The position numbers were made by a program, and so were the translations under genes. The notes beneath the pieces were generated by a model. The model was not told where the DNA came from, made no database searches, and was given only the letters and a program-made list of their open reading frames with translations. From an uncultured Actinomycetota bacterium (lineage in GTDB: Bacteria > Actinomycetota > Actinomycetes > JAHEKZ01): DNA of 64,000 nt. Below are positions 51,901 to 61,104 of the stretch, one piece after another. Location of the stretch: NCBI GenBank assembly GCA_963829525.1, contig CAWHIJ010000003.1, positions 2,816,001-2,880,000 of the forward strand, written 5' to 3'. Numbering within the stretch: position 1 is the first letter of the stretch; every line of letters begins with the position of its first letter.

Positions 51901-53159
51901 GGCATGAGCGCGGTCTCGAATGCGTAGAGAGCGATGAGGTAGGTCGCCAGCAGGCCAGCCACTGCGAACACCGCGGCCACGCGCAGTCGAAGCGAGGTCT
52001 GCAACGCGGGATCGAGGGCTCGGTAGATGAGCACCCCAGCTGTCGCGACGGCTGCGGCATAGAGGACCGCGGTGCCGGCACCGTGCAGGGGCGGTGTCAC
52101 CGTCGTTGCCACGGCGAGCACCACAGCAGTTGGAACAAGGGCCGAGACCGCGACTCGAAGCCGTCCCGGCTGCCGCGACATGGCGTCGGCCGGTGCAGTG
52201 CGACCGCGGCGCAGCGCGTTGATGCCACTGCCGGCACCCAGGAAGAGCGTGGCCTTGTAGAAACCGTGCCCGATCAGGTGAAAGAGGGCAGCGGCCGGTG
52301 CACCGAGGCCGACCTGGATCGTCATGAAGCCCATCTGTGCCGACGTGGACGCGGCGAGCCGGCCCTTGATGTCGGGTCGGACGGCCGCGATGGCCGTCGC
52401 CACCAGAATGGTGGCGGCTCCGATGAGCACCAGTGCGACCAGCACCACCGGCGCCGCTGCGAAGACCGGCCAGAGCAGAACGGCAAGCACTCCGGCGCCA
52501 TTGACGATGCCGGCATGCAGCAGGGCTGACACAGGAGTTGGTGCTGCAGCGGTCTCGGGCAGCCAGCGGTTTGCCGGGAGAAGTGCGGAGCGGATGACGC
52601 CGGAGGCAGCGACCAGTGCAGCGATCGCGGCGATCTGCAGACCCGAGACTTCGGCAACCGCTGTGTTGAGCTCGCCGCGATTGGTCGTTCCGGCAGCGGC
52701 GGCCAGGGCGATGATCCCGGCCAGCAGGATCACGTCGCCAGCGACCAACCAGGCCGCGACATACCGTGCCGGGCGACGACCCGCGTCGGTCGTGTGGCGC
52801 CACCGAACCAATGCGATGAGCGACCAGGTGGCCGCGACCCAGCCGAACCATAGAAGCGGCAGGTGAAGGGCGGCGACCGCCACCGCCAGTCCGAAGACCG
52901 CGCCACCAAGCCCAGCGGCATACCGACCCACGCGCGGTTCACCCGACAGCTGCCGCGTGGAGTAGGCGCCCACCACCGCGCCGACCCCCAGGATCAGGAC
53001 CAGCAGCGCGGCCGAGGCGAGGTCAAGCCGGAGAGCCAGGACATCGATGCCGAACGGCTGGGCGGTCACTGGACCGCCGAATGCCACGCCCACCAACCCA
53101 GCCAGAGCGGCTGCAGCCAGCGCATAGAGCGTGCCACTGAGAACCCGGAGCGTCGTCAT
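48927..53159 (-). CDS. Fused DabB (NuoL/ND5-like) - DabA (DUF2309) inorganic carbon transporter
   Basis: N-half WLPETAAAPTPVSALLHAG, STSAQMGFM, HLIGHGFYKATLFL; C-half WPL..FVASNPL, FCIDVRSE, GFAGFF, GHGS, DCGACGG, EHDT, WAQTRPEWGLA, RAFLHSY. Confidence 0.92.
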   Translation of the reverse strand: MTTLRVLSGTLYALAAAALAGLVGVAFGGPVTAQPFGIDVLALRLDLASAALLVLILGVGAVVGAYSTRQLSGEPRVGRYAAGLGGAVFGLAVAVAALHLPLLWFGWVAATWSLIALVRWRHTTDAGRRPARYVAAWLVAGDVILLAGIIALAAAAGTTNRGELNTAVAEVSGLQIAAIAALVAASGVIRSALLPANRWLPETAAAPTPVSALLHAGIVNGAGVLAVLLWPVFAAAPVVLVALVLIGAATILVATAIAAVRPDIKGRLAASTSAQMGFMTIQVGLGAPAAALFHLIGHGFYKATLFLGAGSGINALRRGRTAPADAMSRQPGRLRVAVSALVPTAVVLAVATTVTPPLHGAGTAVLYAAAVATAGVLIYRALDPALQTSLRLRVAAVFAVAGLLATYLIALYAFETALMPVIGVTGPALPAPVLLVLVSLLLGLGVLGVIVDHRARSGRAPAMVVRAVAAAMSPRGGKRHVVPTHESTTVITPVERARARASVAAASQIVAPSWPLGQFVASNPLAGLEHLPFDEATDRAARARGGAVALSTAHYQRLYAAGEVTDSALVAAILERIDTLPVPPMLPRTSPVDLTRNMLITTEDGVPRALHGAARTAVMSLGARVGNLLHDDGVMLTIAGRTDRDRGTALDDQIADAVAAWLAYLLADDDVRWSAPRGPLFARWRSLVQTVTVDRSMRAKGFAAAVAALPRRADETVAHQLSLMGIGNDEWSEYLTATFARLPGWASHVAWLERESGSDTATLLDLAAIHLSVERLIVATESSSAQGSIGAGSLPEELATGLPATTQRAILHLEQVALAAGLDAEALGGLDDVSLITLLRYVEAVREEAPRIWRTAQEATFRDPLVSELATWAEAEPDEAEVGPDVQAVFCIDVRSEPLRRQLEAAGSVQTLGFAGFFAVPFTHTSLAAACGTAQCPVLLTPRHGIHEVAGPQHHELAHRALTGARAQRQMAASTVEAQKAPNAPYSFAEAAGWLLAPLTLLRTVSPRAWFGLRKATRDVVQPPVPTRQTIDETRDGLGFSADEQLFLAEAALRTMGLTRDFARLVMISGHGSHTENNPFEAAYDCGACGGNPGGVNARALATILNSDVVRGRLADVGIDVPNSTWFLPAEHDTTVDTVTLLDADQVPTSHWQDVAELRVMLDSATRSLSGQRIGTLPDAPKGATPAAARRHVERRAADWAQTRPEWGLAGNAAFVVGDRSITERCDLGGRAFLHSYRWQDDEEGAGLEVILTAPMVVAEWINTQYYFSSVDPDHFGSGSKVLHNLVGRIGVLSGPRGDLKPGLPLQAVAESVDAEGVQLRHQPLRLMTVVQAPLDRVAAVVARNPVLQTLFGNEWVSLVVLDPTSPEPQRYLTGGKWRPWFAHTAQEPDAISPVVDLSGSSTPTIGATR

Positions 53160-53349
53160 GCGCACAGTTTTACCGGAACTTATCTTCGTATGTCAACCCA
53201 GCCCGTCTCCAGTGCAGAGAGCCCGCTGCCGATCCACGACGTGCAGATTCCGACGGCTGTATCGACATCCGTGCGGCGACACAACCCGCCTGACACACCA
53301 AAGGGCGCGGACCGCGAAGGACGGGCGACGTCTTCTGTCCCGCATCGAG

Positions 53350-53422
53350 AGCCGACGGTCAGATTCGAACTGACGACCTACCGCTTACAAGGCGGTTGCG
53401 CTACCAACTGCGCCACGCCGGC
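53350..53422 (-). tRNA. tRNA-Thr (TGT)
   Basis: GCCGGCG acceptor stem, D-arm GCGCAGTTGGTAGCGC, anticodon loop CTTGTAA, T-loop TTCGAAT; CCA not encoded. Confidence 0.96.
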
Positions 53423-53430
53423 TGGAGAAC

Positions 53431-54039
53431 TCAGCCTACCGAGGCTCCCGGTGGACGGGTCAGGCACCAGACTCGCGTCCCATCATCGAGGTCGAGCTCA
53501 CCGGTCACCTCGAACCCGAACCGGCCGTAGAACCCCACGTTTCCTTCCGTACCGGTCTCCAAGAACGTCGGAAGTCCCGCAGCGTCGGCGGCTTCGATTC
53601 CCGGGCGCAGCACCGCAGATCCGTGTCCGCGACCTCGCGCCGAAGGGTCGGAGGCGATCACGCCGAGGTAGTAGTGCTCGCCTGCCGGGCCGAGGTCGTG
53701 CACCAACGCGTCGTAGGCGTCCAGACGCTGCTCGATCGCCGGCCCGAACCGGTCGGCAGCCGCACGCCAGAGGATCTCCTGCTCGGCGGAGCCGAGGGCC
53801 GGCCCACCCGGGGGGTCCCACATCGAGACGGCTGCAACAGTCCCGGCCGCCTCCTCGACCCACACGATGCCACCGGCCATCCGCAGATCCAGCAAGAAGG
53901 CGAGGAACTCACGCGCGTGCGCGTCGTACGCTTCGCCGAAGAAGTGGGCGAAGGCCGGTTCGGTGACGAAGGCCGCCTCGACGACATCAAGGATCGGCTC
54001 GCGATCGATGGCGGACGCCCGCCGCACCAGACGCTGCAT
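53431..54039 (-). CDS. GNAT family N-acetyltransferase
   Basis: YYLGVIA, RGRGHGSAVL, FLET, FYGRFGF. Confidence 0.88.
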   Translation of the reverse strand: MQRLVRRASAIDREPILDVVEAAFVTEPAFAHFFGEAYDAHAREFLAFLLDLRMAGGIVWVEEAAGTVAAVSMWDPPGGPALGSAEQEILWRAAADRFGPAIEQRLDAYDALVHDLGPAGEHYYLGVIASDPSARGRGHGSAVLRPGIEAADAAGLPTFLETGTEGNVGFYGRFGFEVTGELDLDDGTRVWCLTRPPGASVG

Positions 54040-54062
54040 CCCGACAATCTAAAGGACTTGCA

Positions 54063-54758
54063 TCAGCCGAGCAGCAGCCAGAGCGCCTGCAGCGCCGCCG
54101 GCGTAACCGCCGCGATCGCCGGCCTTGGGCGCAACCACCCCGTCGCGGCCAGGGCACCGGCCCACGGCACCGTCAGCGCGACCATCGCGGGCACCGGCAT
54201 CTCGCTGGTGTCGCTTAGCAGGACCGCGAAGCCGATGCCGAGGACGAGCACGCTGACCGCAGCCGCAGCGGCCACGACGACGCCGCGAGTTGCGTGCCAC
54301 GGCTCGATCTCGTCGCGCGAGACCAGCAACCAGATCGATGTTGCGAGCACGGCAGCTGACGCCGCGGTCACGAGCAGCAGGGTGACGACCTCACGGTCCA
54401 AGATGTTGCCGAAGCAAGGTTGCGCCAGCACCCATGCCCAACCTGACACAGCGCCACCGAGCAGGGTGATCGAAGCGCCGGCAGAGAGCGCAGGCGCGAC
54501 GGCGGTGACTCGGGGGAGGCGCACAGCCATGGCCAGTCCGGCCAGCCCGATCAGGACGGTCAGCACTCCGGCCGCCGGGAGCACCTGGACGTCGTCACCT
54601 GCGCAGCCCTGCATCGCTCCCAGGGCGAGCGTCACGGCAAGCACTAGCGCGGCAACGACCTGCACCAGTCCCACGTCGCGCATGCGTGGACGCACCCGTT
54701 GGACGTCCCGCGTGGGGGCGTCGACCACCTTGAACACCGGCTCCTCCTCGGCGCCCAT
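54063..54758 (-). CDS. Hypothetical membrane protein
   Basis: Six to seven hydrophobic segments; start uncertain. Confidence 0.6.
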   Translation of the reverse strand: MGAEEEPVFKVVDAPTRDVQRVRPRMRDVGLVQVVAALVLAVTLALGAMQGCAGDDVQVLPAAGVLTVLIGLAGLAMAVRLPRVTAVAPALSAGASITLLGGAVSGWAWVLAQPCFGNILDREVVTLLLVTAASAAVLATSIWLLVSRDEIEPWHATRGVVVAAAAAVSVLVLGIGFAVLLSDTSEMPVPAMVALTVPWAGALAATGWLRPRPAIAAVTPAALQALWLLLG

Positions 54759-54855
54759 CCTGACCGACGGTTCACGAGCATCAGGCGTAGTTGGCCGGTG
54801 GTTCCCCCAGACGGGCCAACGACCGAGCGGATCGAGCGGTCTAGCGGGTGGCGGC

Positions 54856-55817
54856 TCAGCCCGAGCGGCGTTGCGCCAACGCATAGAGGCCGATCCCCGC
54901 GGCAACGCTGGCGTTGAGCGACTCCGTGCCACCGCTGATCGGGATCCCGGCGACGACGTCGCACCCGTCGCGCACGAGCCGAGACAGGCCAGCTCCCTCG
55001 GCGCCGATCACCAGCACCAACGGCAGGTCGGCATCCACCTCGTCGATCGTGGTGTCAGCATCGGCGTCAAGCCCGACCACGAAGAGCCCGGCCTTGCGGT
55101 AGGCAGCCAGCGCTCTCGACAGGTTCGTGCACTGTGCCACCGGGACGCGGGCAGCTGCACCTGACGCGGTCTTCCACGCCGAAGCCGTCATGCTGGCCGC
55201 CCTTCGGTCAGGCACCAGGACACCGTGCGCGCCGAACGCTGCCGCCGACCGAACCACCGCACCAAGGTTACGGGGGTCGGTAACGTGGTCGAGCGCGACG
55301 ATCAGCGGCGTCTCGCGGGCGTCGGCCGCCCGCTCGAGCAGGTCGTCAGCGTGCGCGTACTCATACGGCGGCACCTGCAGGATCAGCCCTTGATGGGTCA
55401 ACCCGTCAGCGAGCCGGTCGAGCTCAATGCGCGGTGCCTCGAGCACCGGGAGCGACTGCTCGTTCGCGAGGTCGACGGCGTGACGCACGCGCTCGTCGGC
55501 GTCGATTCGCTCGGCAACATAGAGAGCTGTCGCCGGAATCTGCGCCGTCAAGGAGTCGACCACCGAGTTGCGTCCGACGACGTACTCCGGACCACCCTTG
55601 GGCGAACGACCACGTCCTGACGACGGACGCTTGCCGCCCTTCTCCGCGCTCTTGGCGGCCGACCTCGCTCGACGGGCAGCACGTGCTTGTCGCGCTCGGA
55701 CGCCTTCGGCGTCGGGCCGCGCCCCTTCAGCTGCTTTCGGCGCTGGCCGCCACTGCCGACCTGAGGCCCCTTCTTGTCCTTACGAATCGCGCCTTTGCGC
55801 TCTGAGTTGCCGGCCAT
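54856..55817 (-). CDS. rlmB: 23S rRNA G2251 2'-O-methyltransferase; frameshift near 55680
   Basis: MAGNS...GSGGQRR N-terminus; GRNSV, DPRNLG, IGAEG, SLNASVA SpoU motifs in the second frame; follows cysS. Confidence 0.9.
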
Positions 55818-57223
55818 CAGTTCTCCTCGAGCAGTGACCAGCGAGCGCCCTCTGCGGTGTCGTCTATCGCGATGCCGGCTGCCGCGAGTGAGTCGCGAAT
55901 CGCGTCGGCGGTGGTGAAGTCCTTGTCAGCCCTGGCCTGTTGCCGCGCAGCCAGCTGGCTGGTGACGAGGGCGTCGACAACCTCATGCAGGGCGTCGACA
56001 CGCTTGTGATCGCCCCCACGGTCGGCCCACAGCTCGCCCAGCGGGTCGACACCCAGAAGTCCAAGCATCGCGCGAACAGAAGCCAGCGCACCCCGGGTCG
56101 CTGCATCGTCCCCAGCAGCAAGTGCCTTGTTGCCGTCACGGGCGACGTCGAAAACAGCCGCGAGCGCCGCTGGCACCCCGAAGTCGTTGTCCATTGCCTG
56201 CTCAAAGTCAGCGCAGACGATCCCGGGTTCAGTGGGACCCAGGCGGTCAGTTGCATTGCGCACGAACGACTCGAGACGGCGGAAGCCGGCCGCTGCTTCT
56301 TGCAGGGCGGCCTCACTGAACTCCATGTGCGACCGATAGTGCGCAGAGAGCAGGTAGTAGCGCAGCTCGATGGGGCGCACGCGCTGCACGACCTCGGTCA
56401 CCAGTAGCGAGTTGCCGAGCGACTTGCTCATCTTCTCGCCGCTGGTCGTCACCCAGTAGTTGTGCAGCCAGTACGTTGCGAAGTCGTCGCCAGCTGCCTT
56501 GCTCTGGGCGATCTCGTTCTCGTGGTGCGGGAACACCAGGTCGAGTCCGCCGCCGTGGATGTCGAACGCTTCGCCGAGGTACTTGTGCGCCATCGCCGAG
56601 CACTCCAGGTGCCAGCCGGGACGTCCGTCACCCCATGGCGTCGGCCACGACGGCTCGCCCGGCTTCGCCGACTTCCACAGCGCAAAGTCGCGTGGGTCGC
56701 GTTTGTCGTCCGACGTGGAGTCCGCAGCTGGCAGCATCTCGTCGACCTTCTGGCCCGACAGCTCGCCGTACTGCGGCCACGAAGCGACGTCGAAGTAGAC
56801 ATCGCCGCCAGCGGCATAGGCGTGGCCCCGGTCAATCAGCCGCTGCATCAGCACGATCATCTCGGGCACGTGACCCGTGGCGCGCGGCTCACCGGCCGGT
56901 GGAAGGCAGCCGAGAACGTCATATGCGGCGGCGAAGGCACGCTCATTTCGCATCGCAAGCTGCCAGAAGGGGACACCCTCGGCCTCGGCACCGGCGATGA
57001 TTTTGTCGTCGATGTCGGTGACGTTGCGCACCAGGGTGACCTCGTAGCCGCGGTGGACGAACCAGCGGCTCATCACGTCGAAGACGACGCCGCTGCGGAT
57101 GTGTCCGATGTGTGGCGGAGCCTGCACGGTGGCGCCACAGAGGTAGATCGAAACCTTCCCCGGACGGAGCGGGGCGAACTCTCGCGCCCGGCGCGAGGCA
57201 GTGTCGTAAAGCGAGATCGTCAC
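55817..57223 (-). CDS. cysS: Cysteine--tRNA ligase
   Basis: [25 protein letters not shown]. Confidence 0.98.
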   Translation of the reverse strand: MTISLYDTASRRAREFAPLRPGKVSIYLCGATVQAPPHIGHIRSGVVFDVMSRWFVHRGYEVTLVRNVTDIDDKIIAGAEAEGVPFWQLAMRNERAFAAAYDVLGCLPPAGEPRATGHVPEMIVLMQRLIDRGHAYAAGGDVYFDVASWPQYGELSGQKVDEMLPAADSTSDDKRDPRDFALWKSAKPGEPSWPTPWGDGRPGWHLECSAMAHKYLGEAFDIHGGGLDLVFPHHENEIAQSKAAGDDFATYWLHNYWVTTSGEKMSKSLGNSLLVTEVVQRVRPIELRYYLLSAHYRSHMEFSEAALQEAAAGFRRLESFVRNATDRLGPTEPGIVCADFEQAMDNDFGVPAALAAVFDVARDGNKALAAGDDAATRGALASVRAMLGLLGVDPLGELWADRGGDHKRVDALHEVVDALVTSQLAARQQARADKDFTTADAIRDSLAAAGIAIDDTAEGARWSLLEEN

Positions 57224-57246
57224 TGGAGCAGGCTATCGGCCGGCGA

Positions 57247-58416
57247 TCAGCGCTCGTACACGGCGATGGTGCTGGGCTGCAACGTGTCAGCGACCGTGTG
57301 CAGCAGATCCTCCCGCACCGTCGCGGCGTCAAGCTCGTGTGAAAGACGGACGCCGAAGGCCTCTACGGTCTGGACCGCGTCGTAACGCGCACGGTTGAAA
57401 CGCCGGTCGACGGCGCGCTGTGCACGCCGCCGGGTCGGCTCGAGCACCGACGCTGCCGCCAAGGTGCCGAACGCAACAGCGAGGTTGGTCTGCACCGGGA
57501 GGAAATGCGTCACCGTGGCCACGACCCACAGGTAGACGGTCACCACTACTGCGGTCACGCCCAAGTACGCCACGGATCGGCTGACGAGGCGATCGATGTC
57601 GAAGAGGTGGTAGTGGAGGATGGCGACCCCGCACGCCACGGGGATGGCGGTGAACCCGAGAGCCAGCACAACGAAGCTCAGGGCAGCCATTGACGGGCCG
57701 TAGACGCTGGCAAGATTCCAGGTCACTATCTGCGTCACCTGGGCGATGCTCGCGACGACTGCCGCGAACGCGAACCACTTCAGTTGCAGGTGAGTGACAC
57801 CGGTCGAGCGTCGGAACCGAAGAACCATGGAGGCCGCACCCAGCAGCAGCGCCACCGGGATCAGCATGAAGGGCAGATGCGCGTCCACCATGAGCCAGTT
57901 CACGATCGACTCGGCCCCGTTCGGGTCAGAGATCGGCGGCTCGGATCCGCCGAGCGGTACGGAGATCACCGAGATGGCCACGGTCAGCCACACCACGGGC
58001 CGCCAACGTGGCGAGAGCAGGTGTCCGTCCGGATACAGGAGCAAGAGCAGTACCACGAGCGGAAACGCCGGCGTGGACACCAGGTCCAAGAGCCACGGAG
58101 CCCATGCCGAGCCCGGCAAGTCGAGAGCCGCCTGAGCCATGACGGCCAGCGGTAGCACGACCGCCCAGCCGAGCCCGAGCAAGAGTCCGCCGATGCGGTA
58201 GTTCGGAGTTCGGGCACAGATCATCCCGCCGATGAAGGCGTAGGCAGTGCCGCAGATGCCGAAGAGAGCCAGGCCCGCGGTGGACGCCGTCTGCTCGGCT
58301 GGCGTGAACACAAGCGTCTCGTTCAGGCTGACCAGGACAGCCAGGATCGCCAGTACCGGCACTGTCCAGGTGAGCGCCCACACCAGGGCCGTACGCCAAT
58401 AGCGGGCAGCAGGCAT
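57247..58416 (-). CDS. Multi-pass membrane protein, sensor-input-like (paralog A)
   Basis: About 10 TM segments, [39 protein letters not shown]; GAGGAGG RBS. Confidence 0.8.
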   Translation of the reverse strand: MPAARYWRTALVWALTWTVPVLAILAVLVSLNETLVFTPAEQTASTAGLALFGICGTAYAFIGGMICARTPNYRIGGLLLGLGWAVVLPLAVMAQAALDLPGSAWAPWLLDLVSTPAFPLVVLLLLLYPDGHLLSPRWRPVVWLTVAISVISVPLGGSEPPISDPNGAESIVNWLMVDAHLPFMLIPVALLLGAASMVLRFRRSTGVTHLQLKWFAFAAVVASIAQVTQIVTWNLASVYGPSMAALSFVVLALGFTAIPVACGVAILHYHLFDIDRLVSRSVAYLGVTAVVVTVYLWVVATVTHFLPVQTNLAVAFGTLAAASVLEPTRRRAQRAVDRRFNRARYDAVQTVEAFGVRLSHELDAATVREDLLHTVADTLQPSTIAVYER

Positions 58417-58592
58417 CGATCGTCACCTCCTCATCGCCGATCTTGTCGGCGGCGCGTTCCGAGAGCGTTACGGACCTCCCGTCCAGTCGGCGAGGCATGC
58501 ACGAGTCGTCCACAGCGTGAATCCGGAGGATGTTGCGTGCGACCCGGTGAATGCGTCGTTCTTGGGGCTTGGCGGGGGACGATGGCTGGCGA

Positions 58593-59768
58593 TCAGCGCA
58601 CATAAACGGCGATGGTGCTGGGCTGCAACGTGTCAGCGACCGTGTGGAGCAGATCCTCCCGCACAGTCCCGGCGTCAAGCTCGTGTGAAAGACGCACCCC
58701 GAAAGCCTCTACAGTCTGGCCCGCGTCGTAACGCGCACGGTTGAAACGCCGGTCGACGGCGCGCTGTACACGCCGCCGGGTCGGCTCGAGCACCGATGCC
58801 GCGGCCAGGGTGCCGAACGCCACAGCGAGGTTGGTCTGCACCGGGAGGAAATGCGTCACCGTGGCCACGACCCACAGGTAGACGGTCACCACTACTGCGG
58901 TCACGCCCAAGTACGCCACGGATCGGCTGACGAGGCGATCGATGTCGAAGAGGTGGTAGTGGAGGATGGCGACCCCGCACGCCACGGGGATGGCGGTGAA
59001 CCCGAGAGCCAGCACAACGAAGCTCACGCCGCCCAGTGGCAGGCCGTAGACCTGGGCCAGGGTCCACAGGACGGTCTGCAGCACCTGCGCAACGGTCGCG
59101 ACGACCGCTGCAAACGCCAACCACTTCATCTGTATGTGAATGACGCCCGTCGACCGCCGGAACCGAAGCACCATGGAGACCGCCCCCAGCAGCAACGCCA
59201 CCGGGATCAGCATGAACACCAGGTGAGCACCAGAGTCGGTCACCAGCCAGTTCACGACCGACTGGGCGCCGCTGGGGTCAGAGACCTGCGGTTCGAACAC
59301 GCTCAGCAGCACTGACAGCACTGCGATGGCCACTATCAACCACACCGCAGGTCGCCAACGTGGCGACAGCAGGTGTCCGTCCGGGAAGAGCAGCAACACC
59401 ATTGCCAGGAGCGGAAACACTTGGATCGTTACCAGGTCCACGAGTGACGGAACCCACGCCGAACCTGGCAGGTCTAGAGCTGCTTGGGCCATCCACGCCA
59501 GTGTCAGCGCGATGACCCAGCCGAGCCCGAGCAAGAGAGCGCCGATGCGCATGTTCGGGGCTCGGGCACAGATCAGCCCGCCGATGAGCGCAAACGCGCT
59601 TGCGCAAAGACCGACCAGGGCCGCGCCGGCGGTGGGGGCTGTCTGGCCGGTTCCCGCGAACTCAAGCGTGCCCTTGCGGCTGGCCAGGACCGCCAGGACG
59701 GCCAGTACCGGAACTGTCCAGGTGAGCGCCCACACGACGCCGGTACGCCAATAGCCGGCAGCAGGCAT
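58593..59768 (-). CDS. Multi-pass membrane protein, sensor-input-like (paralog B)
   Basis: Same motifs as paralog A; near-identical C-terminal third. Confidence 0.8.
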   Translation of the reverse strand: MPAAGYWRTGVVWALTWTVPVLAVLAVLASRKGTLEFAGTGQTAPTAGAALVGLCASAFALIGGLICARAPNMRIGALLLGLGWVIALTLAWMAQAALDLPGSAWVPSLVDLVTIQVFPLLAMVLLLFPDGHLLSPRWRPAVWLIVAIAVLSVLLSVFEPQVSDPSGAQSVVNWLVTDSGAHLVFMLIPVALLLGAVSMVLRFRRSTGVIHIQMKWLAFAAVVATVAQVLQTVLWTLAQVYGLPLGGVSFVVLALGFTAIPVACGVAILHYHLFDIDRLVSRSVAYLGVTAVVVTVYLWVVATVTHFLPVQTNLAVAFGTLAAASVLEPTRRRVQRAVDRRFNRARYDAGQTVEAFGVRLSHELDAGTVREDLLHTVADTLQPSTIAVYVR

Positions 59769-59920
59769 CGATCGCCACCTCCTCATCGCCGATCTTGTCG
59801 TCGGCGCGTTCCGAGAGCGTTACGGAACGCCCGGCCAACGCATCGGCAGGGTACGGGTGGACGCGGAGGATGGGCGGGGAAGCTGTTCCGCAGGTGCGGG
59901 TGAATGCGTCGTTCTTGGGG

Positions 59921-60397
59921 TTATCGGGGGACGATCAGAGCGGTGGCGACGGCGGCGACGCCTTCACCGCGGCCAGTGAGACCGAGGCCGTCGGTGGTCG
60001 TACCGCTCACCGACACGGGAGCGTCGATCGCTGCCGAGAGCGCAGCCTCCGCCTCTCTCCGGCGCGGCCCGATCCTGGGTCGCTCGCCTATCACCTGCAC
60101 GGCGACGTTGCCGATCCGATACCCCGCCTCGCCCACAAGGCGTGCGCACTCGGCAAGCAGTCGGGAGCCGGACGCCCCGGCCCACTCCGGCCGATCGGTG
60201 CCAAAGACCGATCCGAGGTCGCCCAGCCCTGCTGCCGAGAGCAGCGCGTCGCAGCAGGCGTGCGCGGCGACGTCTCCGTCGGAGTGACCACTGCAACCGA
60301 CCGGCTCGTCCGGCCACGCCAGCCCCGCGAGCGCCATCGGGTGACCGGCCTCGAGCGGATGGACGTCGACACCGACACCAACGCGGGGCGTCGGCAC
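59921..60397 (-). CDS. ispF: 2-C-methyl-D-erythritol 2,4-cyclodiphosphate synthase
   Basis: [28 protein letters not shown]. Confidence 0.96.
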   Translation of the reverse strand: MPTPRVGVGVDVHPLEAGHPMALAGLAWPDEPVGCSGHSDGDVAAHACCDALLSAAGLGDLGSVFGTDRPEWAGASGSRLLAECARLVGEAGYRIGNVAVQVIGERPRIGPRRREAEAALSAAIDAPVSVSGTTTDGLGLTGRGEGVAAVATALIVPR

Positions 60398-61104
60398 TAG
60401 TGAACCCCCGCCGAGCGGCGGCGTGCGAGCACCGCTTCGGCCAGCAACAAGTCAATGGGACGCGTGACCTTGAAGCCATCCTCTGAGCCGGGGATCACCA
60501 TCACCGGACGCCCGAAGTGCTCGACGAGCCCGGCGTCGTCGGAGGCGTCCTCTAACCCCTGCTCGGCGGCGTCGCGGTGCGCCGACTCCAAGACGATGCG
60601 AGCAAAGCCCTGCGGCGTCTGAGCGGCCCGAAGCTGGGAGCGGTCGACCGTGGCTTCGACCCGACCAGCGGTGTCGACCTGCTTGATGGTGTCGGTGACC
60701 CCGACGGCGGGAACGACGGCATCCGCACCGGAGCGGACCGCTGACGTCACTGCATCGATCACCTCGCCGGGGACCAGGGGGCGGGCAGCGTCGTGCACCA
60801 GGACTACGTCAATGTCGTCAGGGATCGCTCGGAGGGCAAGCGCCACTGACTGCTGTCGCGTCTGGCCGCCCGTGACCACGTGCAGCTCGGTTTCGCCGGC
60901 GACCGGGTGCAGCAGCCTGCTCACTCGAGACTCTTCGCCAGCTGGGGCGGCAACCACGATGACGTCGACCGACCGTGCCTCCGCAAGCGCCCGGACCACG
61001 TGGGCCAGCAGCGGCTGACCCGCGAGGTCACGCAGTGCTTTCGGCTCACCTGGGCCGAGCCGGTCACCGCGGCCAGCAGCCGGGACGATGGCAGCCGCCC
61101 TCAC
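60397..61104 (-). CDS. ispD: 2-C-methyl-D-erythritol 4-phosphate cytidylyltransferase
   Basis: [36 protein letters not shown]. Confidence 0.96.
   Translation of the reverse strand: MRAAAIVPAAGRGDRLGPGEPKALRDLAGQPLLAHVVRALAEARSVDVIVVAAPAGEESRVSRLLHPVAGETELHVVTGGQTRQQSVALALRAIPDDIDVVLVHDAARPLVPGEVIDAVTSAVRSGADAVVPAVGVTDTIKQVDTAGRVEATVDRSQLRAAQTPQGFARIVLESAHRDAAEQGLEDASDDAGLVEHFGRPVMVIPGSEDGFKVTRPIDLLLAEAVLARRRSAGVH

Larger units (their letters stand above)
57245..59935. repeat. Tandem duplication, about 1.35-kb unit x2
   Basis: Shared gene and upstream blocks (58409-58474 versus 59761-59826; 58546-58567 versus 59899-59920). Confidence 0.9.

Noticed and set aside
48927-53159. Complex I nuoL or Mrp antiporter subunit
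   Set aside because: No other nuo/mrp genes; fused to DUF2309, which defines DAB/Mps systems.
53160-53430. Prophage/ICE attachment at tRNA-Thr
   Set aside because: No integrase, phage or conjugation genes and no att duplication seen in the window.
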